Shown here: one piece after another, positions 39,801 to 53,134 of the stretch
Numbering within the stretch: position 1 is the stretch's first letter
Layout of the letters: every line of letters begins with the position of its first letter
Source: Fimbriosthenelais zetlandica
Lineage: Eukaryota
Assembly (NCBI GenBank): GCA_977030845.1
Contig: OZ365109.1
Coordinates: 21,266,001 to 21,330,000, forward strand
Length of the DNA: 64,000 nucleotides
Reading direction: 5' to 3'
Notes under the pieces: generated by a model
The model's database searches: none
What the model was told of the DNA's origin: nothing
What the model saw: the letters and a program-made list of their open reading frames with translations, nothing else
Made by a program: the position numbers and the translations under genes

Positions 39801-42800
39801 TGCATTCTCACAAGATTTTATTCCCCAAATGATTTGCATTGCTAAATGCCAACAGAGGGTATGGAAACCTCGCCCTTCACGCTCCAGTGATTCTGCTTTA
39901 TGCCCCTCTTCATCATGGTCCCCCATTCTACACTCAACCTTTTGCTCCCCCAGTCTCCCACTCACTCCACCTTTCGCTCGTGCTGCAGGAACAGCCCACC
40001 TGAGCGCCCGACCTCTCGCTGTTTTCACCGCTCGCCAGGTGTCATGCTCTTTGATCCCGGCTGAAAGCCGCCGCCTTGTGCAAGGCATGCTTTTCCATAT
40101 CAATATATAACGGGCCGTAACCACGACCCCGCCTGGCAGCAGCTAGCCCTACTGTTTACACAGGTTCCAGACACACTATGCACCCAGGCCATAATGCCTT
40201 TATGGCCTTTGATTCATGTAAGTGAGTTGGTATTTGCATTTTGGCAATTGGCTTTTTCTCCTATACGTAAAAGTCATATTGCCACCCCTTTGTCCACAGC
40301 AATGAACAGCAATCCATTTTTTACAGCCTATATATCTGTGGAATATTTATCCCTTGGATTACCCCAATTGAATGGATGAAAATACATGTATTTAAAAAAA
40401 TACCCATTGTTCCCCTATACATGTAGACCTACAATGGCCTCTAGGTAAGGAAATGTGATAAGTAGAAAAATGGCTTTGTATTATTTGAACGCAAACGTCC
40501 TTGAGCTTTGTAGGAATAATGGGAAAAAGTGAGAAACATGGCACAGTGGATCACAGGTTTTACCTACACTGCGACCAGAGCCATTGACACGCGCGGCGAA
40601 ATCTGAATCAGTCGCTCAATAAGGCCAACAAATGTGTGATTGTTGAACGACCGTTCACCGCCCGCGAACAAAGAGGGCCAAACGGAAGGCTGCGGACAGC
40701 AGGAGGGAAATATATGAGCAAAGGTGCTGACATGAATGATGTGAAAATATTGAACATGTGAGCTGAAAATCTGCCTGACAAATGGGCCATTGTCGACCGA
40801 GGTGTCGTGTCAACAGGCGAATATTTTTTAGCTCGTTCTGCGCTCCTGTGAATTATATCACAGAGTCATGCAGGGGGCACGCAAGATCCATTTCACAAGC
40901 GAATAAAGGCGGGGTGATAAAACTACTAAAACAACAAATGGAAATTGAAAGGTAAAATGCCGTTATACAAGTTGGGGCAAGTTAACAAGCCACACATGTA
41001 TGTTGGATAGAGAAGGGCATTGCCTCGGAAGACCATACTGTAAAAGGGCTAATTAATGCAAGAAAAGGAAGACATATTCGTCGAATAAAAAATGTCCAAT
41101 CAGATTTTCAGAAATAATAAGTTATTGTAATGTGGCCACTTACAGTAGCTCTAAGTTATTAATTGACAACAGATTCAATATCCATTGCAGTTCTATCAAA
41201 CATATTCAGTGAATTTTGATATTGCCCTCCTTTTAGTTAGTATAGAGTATCTCAAAGGTAGACAGACGATCCCCTACTTCATGGTAGGATGGGCTTACAC
41301 TGGAGCAAACATGACCTGCTCCTCCAGTAGCCTCATCCACACCATCGACCAGCAGAAAGGCCATCTATCCCCAGCTGGAGTGGACCCAGCAGTAGCTGAG
41401 ATGGAATCAATCTCCTTAGCCCCCCCACCATCACCAAATAACTGATGCTATTACAAACTACTTGATGGTTCCACTGCCTGAGCTCACCAGCTGAAGTGTT
41501 AATACAGTGCATTCAGTCTACTTTTTAGTAATATATATTGTTATATTAAAAAGATTAATGAACACTATGAATTATATTGTATATTATAATTTATATATCT
41601 GGCACGATTGTTCCACGATTGAAATAATAGACCATACTTTAATCAAACTCTCAGATGGGTCTAAGCATCAATCTTTGTCAGTATCAAGATATTTAATCTT
41701 AAAATTAAAAAAAGACATTCTTTATCTATCATTCTGTTTGATTCCTTTCCAATAATAACATGATTTTGCCAAAATGTGAGTCAAGAATTGCCATGCAAAA
41801 CACACTCCGCAACAATCATTGCTCAGTACTTTGTATTGGCGATCCGCTGGACTCTGTCAGGTGAGAGGGTCACGAAGCCCTTTGACAGCCACTTCCAGTC
41901 ATATCAGGTGACAGACAAGTAGAGTGATAAAAAATCAGGCGAATAATCTCTCCTCAGCATCCCTGTACTAAGTGCAGAGGCAGAACTAGTCTGATCAACC
42001 ATTTCAACAACAGCTATTTTATATTCCTATACACATTATAATGGCCTTTGACCCAAGTTAGACAACTGCACGAAACTAAGCACTCACTCCCTGTGGATTG
42101 TCCACAAGCATGGCCATACAGACGCCCGTTGCAGGTATCATCAAGGCATCAAAACCGTTGCTTATTTTAACAATTTCACTTGAGGTCGAAGGGTGGAGAA
42201 CAAAGACAGAGGTAGGATGTCAATCAAACACGCTTCACAAGTCAGCAAGACCTCTCTGACATGTCCCACTATTGAGCGACGAATCAATAAGACTTGCTGA
42301 CTTCAAGCTCCTGTCAACTTTATTGACTGAAGCTCGGACACAAAACCTTTTCCATTCAGCTTCTGATCTGGCCTCCCAACGTGTCTGAGCTGTCTTTTGC
42401 TGCCCCTTGATCCCGGGTCGTGTCTCCTTGCTGACAAGGTTAAGGGGTGGGGTATGCTACAGGCTGGTGAAGTTAAGGGTGGGTATGACTATACTATACA
42501 ATGTTGACTATATTATTGATATTTTTCTCTATAGCTGCTCTACTAGTACTATAGCGTCTGTGGATTATAGATTGGCTGACCTTTTGAAAATGATAGATAC
42601 ATGTAATAGCGATACATTTATTTGTTGGGCATAAGCCATATTCCTGTTCCCAATATCTTTTGGTCCTTTGTATAAGTACTGTACGTAGCAGAGCTGAGGA
42701 GACCCCATCTGAGCTGACATCAACCATCAACCCCAAACCCCAAACCTCAAGCTAACTGATGAATCCAGGCAATTTGGTCTTAGTTTCTGACTCCACTGTG

Positions 42801-45772
42801 GACGTAACATTTGTCATATTACATTGTATTCACATATTCATAACTGCCATTAACTGTCATTCATAAGTTGAAACTTATGATGCAGTCATTTGTTTCCTGC
42901 AGAAATGACCCTCTGGAGAGCCCAGCTCACCCGGTAAAACGTTCCTGTCAGTCAACAGAGGTTAATACCATTGTAGATTTGTCCAAAGCTGAAATTACTG
43001 CCATGCACACAAGTGCAATCTCATTTGCACCACAATCAAATTGTTGAGCTAGTGGCAAGTCTACTGAGGCACTCCATGGCTTGTTGGAATTGTGAGTTTT
43101 GACAGGTTGACAGAGCACTCGACCATATTGTCTACCTGTCTCCTCTATTGACCTCACCTTTTCCAGGTGTAGTGAGATCAATGACCCCAGTCAGGTGAAC
43201 ATAGACCCCAAAAGGACGGGGAGGAGGAAGCAGTGGAAAGGCAGGCAGGCTATCTATTACTTCAAGGTCTCCACTCACTGTTTAATCAATGCCTTTGTGA
43301 TTTTATTATTCCATGAAGAGGAAAAAGTAGGAATTGATCTTGAAAAAGCTTTCAAATATAACCATAACCATTATGGTGTCTTCTATTTGCGACCAGGGTC
43401 TGTTTTCTCAGTCTATAATCTAATGGACTGAATTTCATTGTATATTTCGTCTTTTATTCTCGTACCTTTTTGCATGCTAATATAACCATTTGATTTCTGA
43501 TGGACAATTAATTATTAATAATGTTAGGCTGAATATTTGTTTATGAAACAGGCCCAATGTGTCGGTGAAATCAGCTTTAAATTTGGGATCTCCTTGAAGG
43601 ACAAATAATACCTATTTTCTGTCCAGCCTGCTTCATGATCCCATTTCGATATCCTACTCATTGACATACGCATGGCATGTCCATTGCCTAGGTTGACCGG
43701 AGATGTTTGGCTTTATGATACATACATCACCTTTAACATACAACGAGGGGATTGCTTCATATTGAAGATATTGGACCTGACAGCTTGAAATGTACCAAAT
43801 TTATATGAAGGACCATAACAATGGAAAATTTTGCTTGTAGTATTATGGCCTGTGACTGAAACAAAAATTCCATACTGAGAAGTTAAACTAATGAACTCTG
43901 TATGGAAAATAGGCACTGCTGTTGCGTGCAACCAATTATCCCACCTTACAATACGATATTGTCTGATCTCTCTTTTTGTGAGGATTCTTCTTTCCAAATC
44001 CTCAATGTAAATCCCTTCTCTATTCAATATTATCTATAGCACTGTATGTACAGATCCTTTCTTTGAAACAGAAAAAATGGGGGAAAGGGCCACACTTCAC
44101 CAGTTCATCAAGAGACCACATTCCTGTCACCATGCTACCACCACAGACTAACTAATCATATCATATTATCCAAGCTGGTAGACGCTCACCCATCGCCCAG
44201 CCACAATTACTGGTGTCTTTTGTCTCACAAAATGCAATCCCATGGGCTGGGAGAAGTCAGGACTGCACAAGAATTAATGCCATCTTCAATCCAATTTCAT
44301 ACGGACTTTTCACTCTTGGAATCTAACCGTGTTAAAATGATTTAAATGGAAACAGCGTGGGAGCAGGAGAAAAGGGAGAGAGGGGGACTAAATAGTGGTA
44401 TTGTTTCCTGAAGAGGGGATTAACAGTGGCAAGCGTGGGGTAGCTTCCATTGGAAAGCAGACCAGCGTGATAATATGAATTGTTAATCTCAGAAGTAAAA
44501 GATGTTCACTATTTGGAGTCTTGCATGCATATAGACCCCTCACTCAGTCTAAACTGCAAAAACTGTGGGTTTCGCAAACGTTATTTTAATGCATGACATT
44601 GTAACTCTATCTCAAGAATTCCTGATTATTTGTGAATACAATCTAAAAGTGGAGTGTTATTTTCAGATTGAAAAGTACATTGGTTTATATAAGAAATATT
44701 TAGATATTTGTCCCCACCAAAATCGTTTTCAGACTGTAAAAACTCTTGGTCACAAATAACGTATGGCCTTCCACTATGCGTTATGACTACCAATAGCTTT
44801 TCACATGAAGAAACTAAGAGATTATGGATAATAAGCTCCTGGGAAGTGATTATGGAGGAATAGAGTTGATAATTATCTCATTTTAACGGGACCATATATG
44901 TATGCATGTGGCATGGCACGCAATTTTATAATTGGGCTCAGTATTTCTGCAAGTAACAGTCATTGCTGTAACCTCTGAAGTGGAAAATTCACACATGCGA
45001 GGGACATTATAAAATGGTCGCCATTCACTCACACTACATGCTCTACAAGTACACTGAGGGCAATATTGTGTTTAAATTAAACGGTCCTGAGAGCCCTCTA
45101 CTAATATAACTAACTCTCCAGTATTAAAATATCCAATCGGTTATAAAATATCAAATTTAAGATTTAATCCATTTAGTTCATAGAAGAAGAATAGCAAGCA
45201 AATCCGCACCCAATCCCTAGGCAAATCAGACATTTAGGTCTCTTACCAATTTTTGTTCAAAAAACCTGTCTCAGTCTTGTTCATGATGGACCTTAGTTAC
45301 GAAGTCAGTGTATAATCTACTGATGACCAAGGGTTACGGCCTGCCAGTCGGACATCTGACCGCCGGGGTCAGCCTCCATGGCCCTGCGACCTTCCGTCCG
45401 TTGCCGACAACGCGACCTACGACCCCAACGCTCCATGCCCTCTGCCCTCGCTCTCCCCCACACGCACCGCCCCCTACCATCCACACCCTCGCCAGCGCGC
45501 AGTAATATTATGCAAGATGGCCATTTGGCATGCTCGTCCCTTGAGGGGCTCGCTGAAAGTAGGTCAGCTAAAAAAGATGGGGGAGTAGCTCGTTTTTAGC
45601 TGTCTCTATCGATCACTGGGATTATCATGAAGCTGAGAAGATACTTGTCTTGGGATTGTGTTTAGAGCATCGTTGTTAGGGTCTAGTTTGTATCTGGCAA
45701 GGCCATCATATAATACACTAGTGGCACGACATACACTGTACTCAAATAGATAGTTATTTTTATGGTCACTAG

Positions 45773-46099
45773 CACTGCAAAAACAAGGTGGCCCACAATT
45801 TCCCTTGCATGAAATTCACCAAAAAATCATTGATTCTTTAAAAGTTTCGACGGGCCAAAATTGATTGAGTATCTCTGTATCTAAATCACAGGTCCGATTA
45901 ATAAAAATGGCGCATTATGTCTCTTATGAAACTGGCCTTATTATAGGACGGAAATCTAATCCTGTGAATGGGACAATCTAATTGAGTCGCCAATACTTGA
46001 TTTTACAAATCCATTCATAAAACTACAGGTATGATTCACACTGAATGTAATCAACGCAGATTAAAATGACAGATATTGTCAAAATCTATTTTTACAGTG
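45773..46099. mobile_element. Non-autonomous CACTA/EnSpm-like element
   Basis: TIRs CACTGCAAAAA / TTTTTACAGTG (10/11), flanked on both sides by the same 3-bp sequence TAG, the TIR start and TSD length typical of CACTA elements. Confidence 0.55.
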
Positions 46100-47764
46100 T
46101 AGTATTATAGGGCCACTGAAGGATGACATTTCCACTGAGCACTGCGGTATAATATGTCATATATCGGTAGCCTTACACCCTTGCCTGCCCGCAGACCGAC
46201 GAGGTTAACTCGCTCATCCTTCTCCTGACATTTGCACATGGCAGGTGCGGTGAGCACCTCTTGCGCATGCGTGTAGCGAGGCTGATGATGTGTTTACCTT
46301 GGTGGAGCGTCCCCGGGGCGTCGCGGGCAGGGGTCGGGGCCAGGGGGCCTGGCCCGCTTACTACAAAGGTTACTATACATCAACCAAGCTCATCCAGCCT
46401 CCAGCCGTGATACCAGCCCATTCAAAGACATTTACCTCCCATAGTCCCTCACAGACAATGCCAAAGCGAGGGATTGAGATAATCTGGGTAGAACTTTTGT
46501 AAAGTGTTTCTTCTTTTTTTTCTTTCTTTATTTGGGAGGGGGGGGGGGATGGAAGCGGAGTGGGGGTTTATTCATGATATTCGAATTGTTTAGATTTTAT
46601 CTCGTATACTTCAATTCTTTTTTAAATCAATTTAGATCGGTGAATATTCAAATTCAATCTTTCAATCTGAACTTTTCAAATCGGGGTTTAGGTACCATGA
46701 GTGTCATGCTTAAAATTCAAATTGTATATACTACTCGCGGATCTCACTTAATTAATTCTACTTACATAAAAAAATACTGGGTCATCTCTTTCTCTTCTTC
46801 GATTTATTAACTGTTAGTTTCTTTCGATATTAGACCAGATCCTTGTCTTAGATCATAAGATTAGAGATCAAAACAATCATGACATTTTCATCTGAAAACA
46901 GGTCTTCCTGAAGCCACAGGTACTTCAGAGTACATTTCCCACGTGCGCTTGAAGCATGCACTCCCTTTTCAGTTCCTTGCACTCCAGTACTCTATCCTCC
47001 ACCCCTCCTTATACCCAGCCTAGTCCTGTGCACCCGGGTACCCTATCCCCTCCTGTAGCATGTTAGCCAGCATCCATGCACCTTTCTTGCCCAGCCTGGC
47101 TCTATTATAGCCTCCTCACTGCACTCCGTCCAGGGGCCGCTCTGTGCGCATGACCGGAAACAAGACAAGGTCAGGACCCGGCGTCTCTGACACCCAGGTA
47201 TCGACCAATCAATATTCACGCCACTCAGCTATCGATACGGGGCTTCTCCCTACACTCCACTCCAAAACACATGAATTTCTGTTACATCCAATTTCAACTT
47301 CCTCGGAATTTTAAATGGCAATTATCTAAATAATAATATTGAACCAATGCGCCAAATAATGCTTAATTTTGTCTATTTCTGATTAGATTTGATTTATCTA
47401 GCATGATTACATTCATAATGTTCATTCATGGATATGCCCCAGTGCTCTGGACCAGTGTATAATTGATTGTAGATTAACAATACGATAGACTGATAATAGC
47501 TCTATAATAGAGTGTAAGCAGATAGCAATCTCTATTTTGTGTCCAGATGTGTGCCTTTTAGAATTACTTTGACAAATGTGTCAATACGGGAACTCACTCA
47601 ACATTTGAATATGAAATATGTATTTAAAAACACAAGAATCATATTCATCATCGAGAAAGATTAAGACTCTTGATTAATTTATTATGACTTTTTTTTTTAT
47701 AGATTCAATCCGTATTACATGGCTGCTTTATCTTGCATAAACTAAAGTGAAGTTAGTGGAGGAA

Positions 47765-47960
47765 TATCGGGGGAAGGAAGGTGAGAGGAATGGGAGAGAG
47801 GGAGGCAGTGGGAGTGAGAATGGGAGAGGGATGGGGGGAGTGAGCCTGAGAGTGGGAGATACGGAGAGAGAGTGGGAGGGAGAGCGGGATGGAGAGAGTG
47901 AGAGATAACTGATATTATATAGGAGCGAGAGTAGGAGGGAGAGGGAGGAGAGGGAGAACG
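47765..47960. repeat. Polypurine (GA/GGGAGA-rich) low-complexity tract
   Basis: Nearly pure G/A on the + strand; explains the Ser/Leu/Pro-rich minus-strand ORFs 47728-47994 and 47742-48029. Confidence 0.8.
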
Positions 47961-49358
47961 TGTGAAGTGGGTATGAACTGATTCCTTGTGACAAAGCAGA
48001 ATAAATCTATCAGGTCTACAGGATGACATCTCCTCCTGCTCCTCTTTCGCCCTGGAGCAGCCCCGGGCTGTGTTTAATTACACAAAGTGTATGCCATGGA
48101 TGGCGTTGCGCAAGGCAGCCTCTCCTGGGGACATTTCAAGACGTTTTTTTTACCAATACTTGCAGTCGTTGGTGGTCTCACATAGTGGCATTCCACAGCC
48201 TAGAGGCTGGAGGAATGAGGTCCAATCTCACATAGATAGGTCTCAACTATATAGATGTTAATTTTGTCTCTGTTTAATTGTCCCCTGGGCATGAGCAGAG
48301 AGAATGTTGCAATTCTCTGTCATTGCGCCACTGCCTGTAGCATATACTATTTCATACTTCAAGGGGATGCACAGTACGGTTATACTAGTATCTGCTTCCT
48401 GGGTTTGTTTAAAAACAAAAATGCTCTATCATAACGATAGATCTATTGGCTAGGCCGAATAATGTATATTATATAGTACAGATTTCTCATGAAACACTTC
48501 TAAATGCAAGTGTTTTGCACTATATGTAATTCAATTACAATAATTTATGAAAGGTTTCTTTGTAAAACATCCATATTAATCAGTATTCCCAAAACCTTTA
48601 CATGGTTTTATCTGTACTACTCAGAATATTTCCCAAGAACTGATGTCTAGTAAATTACATATTTAGACGCGAATGATTCATAATTTTGATGATAATATCA
48701 TATGCACCTTGAACTAATTGGACATTTAAATCCACTCCCTCTCCTCCTATTCCCTCCCCTCCTCTTGTTCCTTTTTCAAAAAGGGACAAAGGAACGAAAC
48801 ATAATAATGCAAATGTGAACCTTAATTACGAGGTGGAGGCGACTGTTATTGAATCGCCCGCGATGTCGTGCCTGTGGTAGACCACTCTTTTCAGATGAGG
48901 GGGAAAGCGGGAGACAGGGAAAGATCGTGTCTCCAACCACAGGCTTTTCAGTGCCAAACCAGATGACAAAAATTGTCAACCCCCTCTTTAGTTTCCCTGT
49001 GCAGCAGCTAGCCTCAAGCAAATGAGTTACACCCACAAAGCAGATATTGCGGTGAACGTGCATCGCACGGGGCCGTGTGTGTGAGTGTGCCAATAAAGAA
49101 ACCATGCACGCACGAGGCTCTGTCAAGGTAGACCCTTTTGTCATCCATGTACCTTCCTTCTTACCGCATGGTTTTGTGGAAATAACAACATATGTCCTCA
49201 TCCCATTATCATTTACTTTCAATGGCGCCCTACCTATAGTTCACGCCCTCTTATGGAATCATATTTTACGCGATAATAGGGGTTGAATCCATTATACTTG
49301 CATGGAATTGCATAATAATTCAAAAAAATATATATATTGTGTACATGTATATATAGCT

Positions 49359-49404
49359 TTTCTGAACGTAAAATTATATATATGATTTCTGAACGTAAAA
49401 TTAT
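49359..49404. repeat. 19-bp direct repeat with 8-bp spacer
   Basis: TTTCTGAACGTAAAATTAT at 49359-49377 and 49386-49404. Confidence 0.85.
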
Positions 49405-52400
49405 TTTGGGATTATTTTTTGAGATTATGAATTTTATAGAGGAAATGTAGGCCTATTATGTAGGCTACATGTTTTGTTTACATGTTGACTATTTTGTTCT
49501 TGCATGGGCTTATTATATATTATTAGGCCCATATAGGCCTAATGTCAGCATATATGCTGAGTATATATGCAGTAACGTTATAATACTGCATATCGACGCC
49601 AATGAATTATCCATGACTGTGTGCATACTTCAACAACGTAGTATCACATCCACCTCTCTGTATCAAACCATCATCATTATGTTTGTACTATCTTTATTTC
49701 TCCATACATGACATGAGTGGGGAGGTGGTCCATTCATCACTTTGTCCCTCGTCCCTCGCCATCCCCTAATAACCCTCATTTAAAAGATGTTATATCTCTC
49801 AGGCGAAGCTATTGTTCAGCTCCACTTTACACGGTCATGATACCCGGGTCTTATTTTGATAGCTCAACTCTTTTCTTACAAAAGGGGCCCCCGGCTCGGC
49901 AACTTCAGAGGGCCGTGTCTTTAGGGGCCTGAACAAGACGACGTTTCGTCCCCCTTCCACTATTGTCCCCTCGTCAACTCGTCCCTCCACGGCATGCCTC
50001 CTATTGTGGCCGTCCACAATACAACCACTGGGGCGATGCACCACTGCCTTTCGCGGATACAAGAAAAAGCCTCCCTGGTAATTCAAGGATTGTTTCAATC
50101 CGAGGAGGAAATATGGCGGTGTGCGCGAAAGAAATAATACATGTGCGAGGGAGAATGAAAGGAAACATGTTTCAAAACAATGAGTACGATTATGAAGCTC
50201 GGTGGAAAGTGTGCAAAAAAAATCAGGCCTCAAATATATTTTCCCTATTCATAGGGATTTATTTTTGACCGGGGTGAAACAATTTGAGAGTTCTGGAAAT
50301 AGTTCTTGAGGAGGTAGTTGTGCTTTTAAAATGGCGTGTCAGTAGCATTATAGTCCTAAATGCGATATAATTATGTGGAAAGCATTGGAATACAAAAAGG
50401 CCTAAAAGAAGCAATAATTTGTTATAAAAATCAATGTGAACGTTGTACAATTGAATCCAAATGGTATAATTGCATACTTAGTGCACATAATGGTGATGCG
50501 CATTTTATAGGCCAACATGTATGCATATCTAAAGGAAATCGAAGAAATAGTGACACCTTTCAATGCCAATCAGACGCACACGAGTAGCCATAGCAGATAC
50601 AACTTTCCATATACTGCTTATAATCCAAGGCTGAGCCAAGACTATAGATTGGCACAGCACATGGTAGCCTAGACAGCTCACTCAAAGATTGCATGAAATT
50701 TGACAGTTGAATGGCCCACTAAAACATCGACAGTAGTGATATAATATTGCAAAATTTTTGATTTGTATACAATCTCCAGAAAAATAGTCCATTCTCCTTC
50801 AGGATTGTCCGGGTATCAGAAAATTTAAAAATGTGTGTCTCAATTCAATGAAAAGAAGCTTAGAAAGAGATGCCATTGATCAATATAGAAAGCATGGTAG
50901 GCCTAGTTGTGACCACGTGACCTCTAGCAGACGCTCCCTTCCAGTGCACCACATCCAGGGCACTAACCCCCTTGATCCCAAACAAACCCTCAAAACCAAC
51001 TCCAAGTGTCCGTAGAGTACTCCTACCACCAAAATTCATGCACACCTCTCGCCGAGCACACACGGCTAGCAATATCACCGCTTGAATAGACACGGTGCAA
51101 TAGGTGTAAACATTGGTCCACACAGCTGGCTCGGTGTTTTCCAAGCACCACCACACCGCACATAGACACCCAAAACGGCCACAAAAACAGTAATAAAACA
51201 GCCTGTTTTTGTAATCCGCGAGCGACAGATAATAAAACCCACGCTGCGTTCTGTAGTTAAAGTCCATATGCTACTAGAGTGAAAGGGTTTAGAGCAAGAA
51301 TAGTGAGAATATCTCCTCTTGGACGGGCGGAAGAATGTGTATCTATCTCTCTGACTCTCCCTACCACAGATACGCTACTACTACCACCGCCTCTTCCCAA
51401 CCAGTACACACGGAATCGGGAATCGAGGGGGGTGTCTCCACAGCCTGGAACAGCCACGAGGCTCTCGGCCAATCAGCGCGCTCGGTTAGATTATGATAAA
51501 TAGAGACGAGGCTCCTCCCCAAGTTCGGAGGTCCTGACCCTTAGCAGACTTGCCTACACGATCAATCTTGTATCCGTCTGGCATGTTCAAGCGCTTCCCT
51601 ATGTGTGTAAAGTCTTTGTAGGACGGGCCCTGGGCTATAGGGGGAAACACAGTATATATCTATAGGCTCATGTCAAGGGAAGCGAGCTCTATAGTGTTGT
51701 TTTCTATATCCACGCTGGCTATAGGTGGAATGTCAGGGACCTCACGGTCTATTTATGTCAAGGAGGGGAGCTTCAATAAAAGCTATATAGTGGTTTAGAT
51801 AGAGACAGGTTCTATTCAGATATCTATTTGATATAAATTAGTTTGTTGCCTCGAGAACTAGGATTATAAAGCAATCGATATTTAAAATATAATATTAAAA
51901 ATAATATGGTAGATGAAATGAGTGCTCTATTTCCAATAAAACAATCAATCATATTATATAAGTCTGATTGCAAAGATTGATGTAAAGCTTATAAATATGT
52001 CATCAAATAACTTAAATTTGTCCTTTGAAGACATTGTTTTGAGTAAATGAGATAAAAACATAATTTTGTATATAGTAAAATTAAAGCATTATGTAATACC
52101 AATCAATCAATTTCTAAATCCATAGCTTGACCGTATGTCTAGTAACTGTGTTATAAAGCAAATATATGGCAAAGTTCACCATCTTTATTGAGCTGGCTCT
52201 TGCCCCTGCTTTTCAAGTTCACCACACTCTGTAGTACTCCTCATAGTTGTGTTTTTTAACCCCTGTCTCTTGGAGAAGAAAATCCTTTTCACCCTGCATT
52301 ACTAACGGTCCGGTGGACAAATGTCAGCAGGCTATAGTATGGTTATCATTTAAGGAGGTTGCTGGGGTGGGGTCGGGGTGGAAGTATATAGGTAGGAGAA

Positions 52401-52868
52401 AAAAAAGCGAAAATACAAGCGAGGTGGTGGGGTAGAATATGACGAGAAAAAGGGAAAATATAGAAGGAAAGATGTGGTGCAGACATAAAAAGGTCATAGC
52501 AGGTTTGACTATGTGAAAGGATTAACTCTAAGAGAAAGAAAAGAAAAAAAGTAAGATTTGAATGAGTCTACGGGATGGTATAAGTATATGGAGAACATGT
52601 GGTTTAGGTTGGACTTAGCCCTTTGCCAAGCCCCAGGGCCTGTAGACCAGCATGAGTCTGCCAGTCGAGCGCTGGGCCGTGAAATACAAGCCACAGGATG
52701 TCTGTACACACACTCCTCTCTCCCTCTCCCACTCCCTATAATACCCCCGCGTGCGCTACCGGCTCATGATGCAGCTATTCCAGCGTCTTGCGTAACCTGC
52801 GGTAATTCCGCGCCGCGGCAGCCTTCGCGGCACGCGTCAACCACCAACCTCCATTTCCCCACACAGCG

Positions 52869-52938
52869 ATGACGTAGCATGACGTAGACGCGGCTAGCCT
52901 GACCTCACGGAGGTCAGACAAGGTCAGGGGTTAGGTCA
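52869..52938. promoter_or_regulatory. Cluster of nuclear-receptor half-sites with tandem CRE-like sites upstream of COUP-TF
   Basis: ATGACGTAG at 52869 and 52879; TGACCT 52900-52905; AGGTCA at 52911, 52921 and 52933; CpG-rich context. Confidence 0.6.
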
Positions 52939-53127
52939 AGGGAGGCGAGGCCTAGCGCGCATAATGACTCTAGATAATTAGAGACAGGCATTTGCATGGC
53001 ACGGTGGTAGGTGGGGTTATGTTAAAATACTTGGGTGGGAGGGAGGGATGGGTGGGAGGGGTTTGGCTGTGAGTGGGAGAGACACCCACGGAGCGTAGGG
53101 GCCCTCAAACGTGTGGTCACTTTTGGC

Positions 53128-53134
53128 TATAAAA
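53128..53134 (+). promoter_or_regulatory. Candidate TATA box for COUP-TF
   Basis: TATAAAA about 190 bp downstream of the half-site cluster and about 1.65 kb upstream of the ATG; no TSS evidence. Confidence 0.25.

Noticed and set aside
43713-44027. 104-aa minus-strand ORF (REGIYIEDLERRILTKREIRQYRIVRWDNW...)
   Set aside because: Non-ATG start, no family recognised and no splice support; a BLASTX against transposase databases would settle it.
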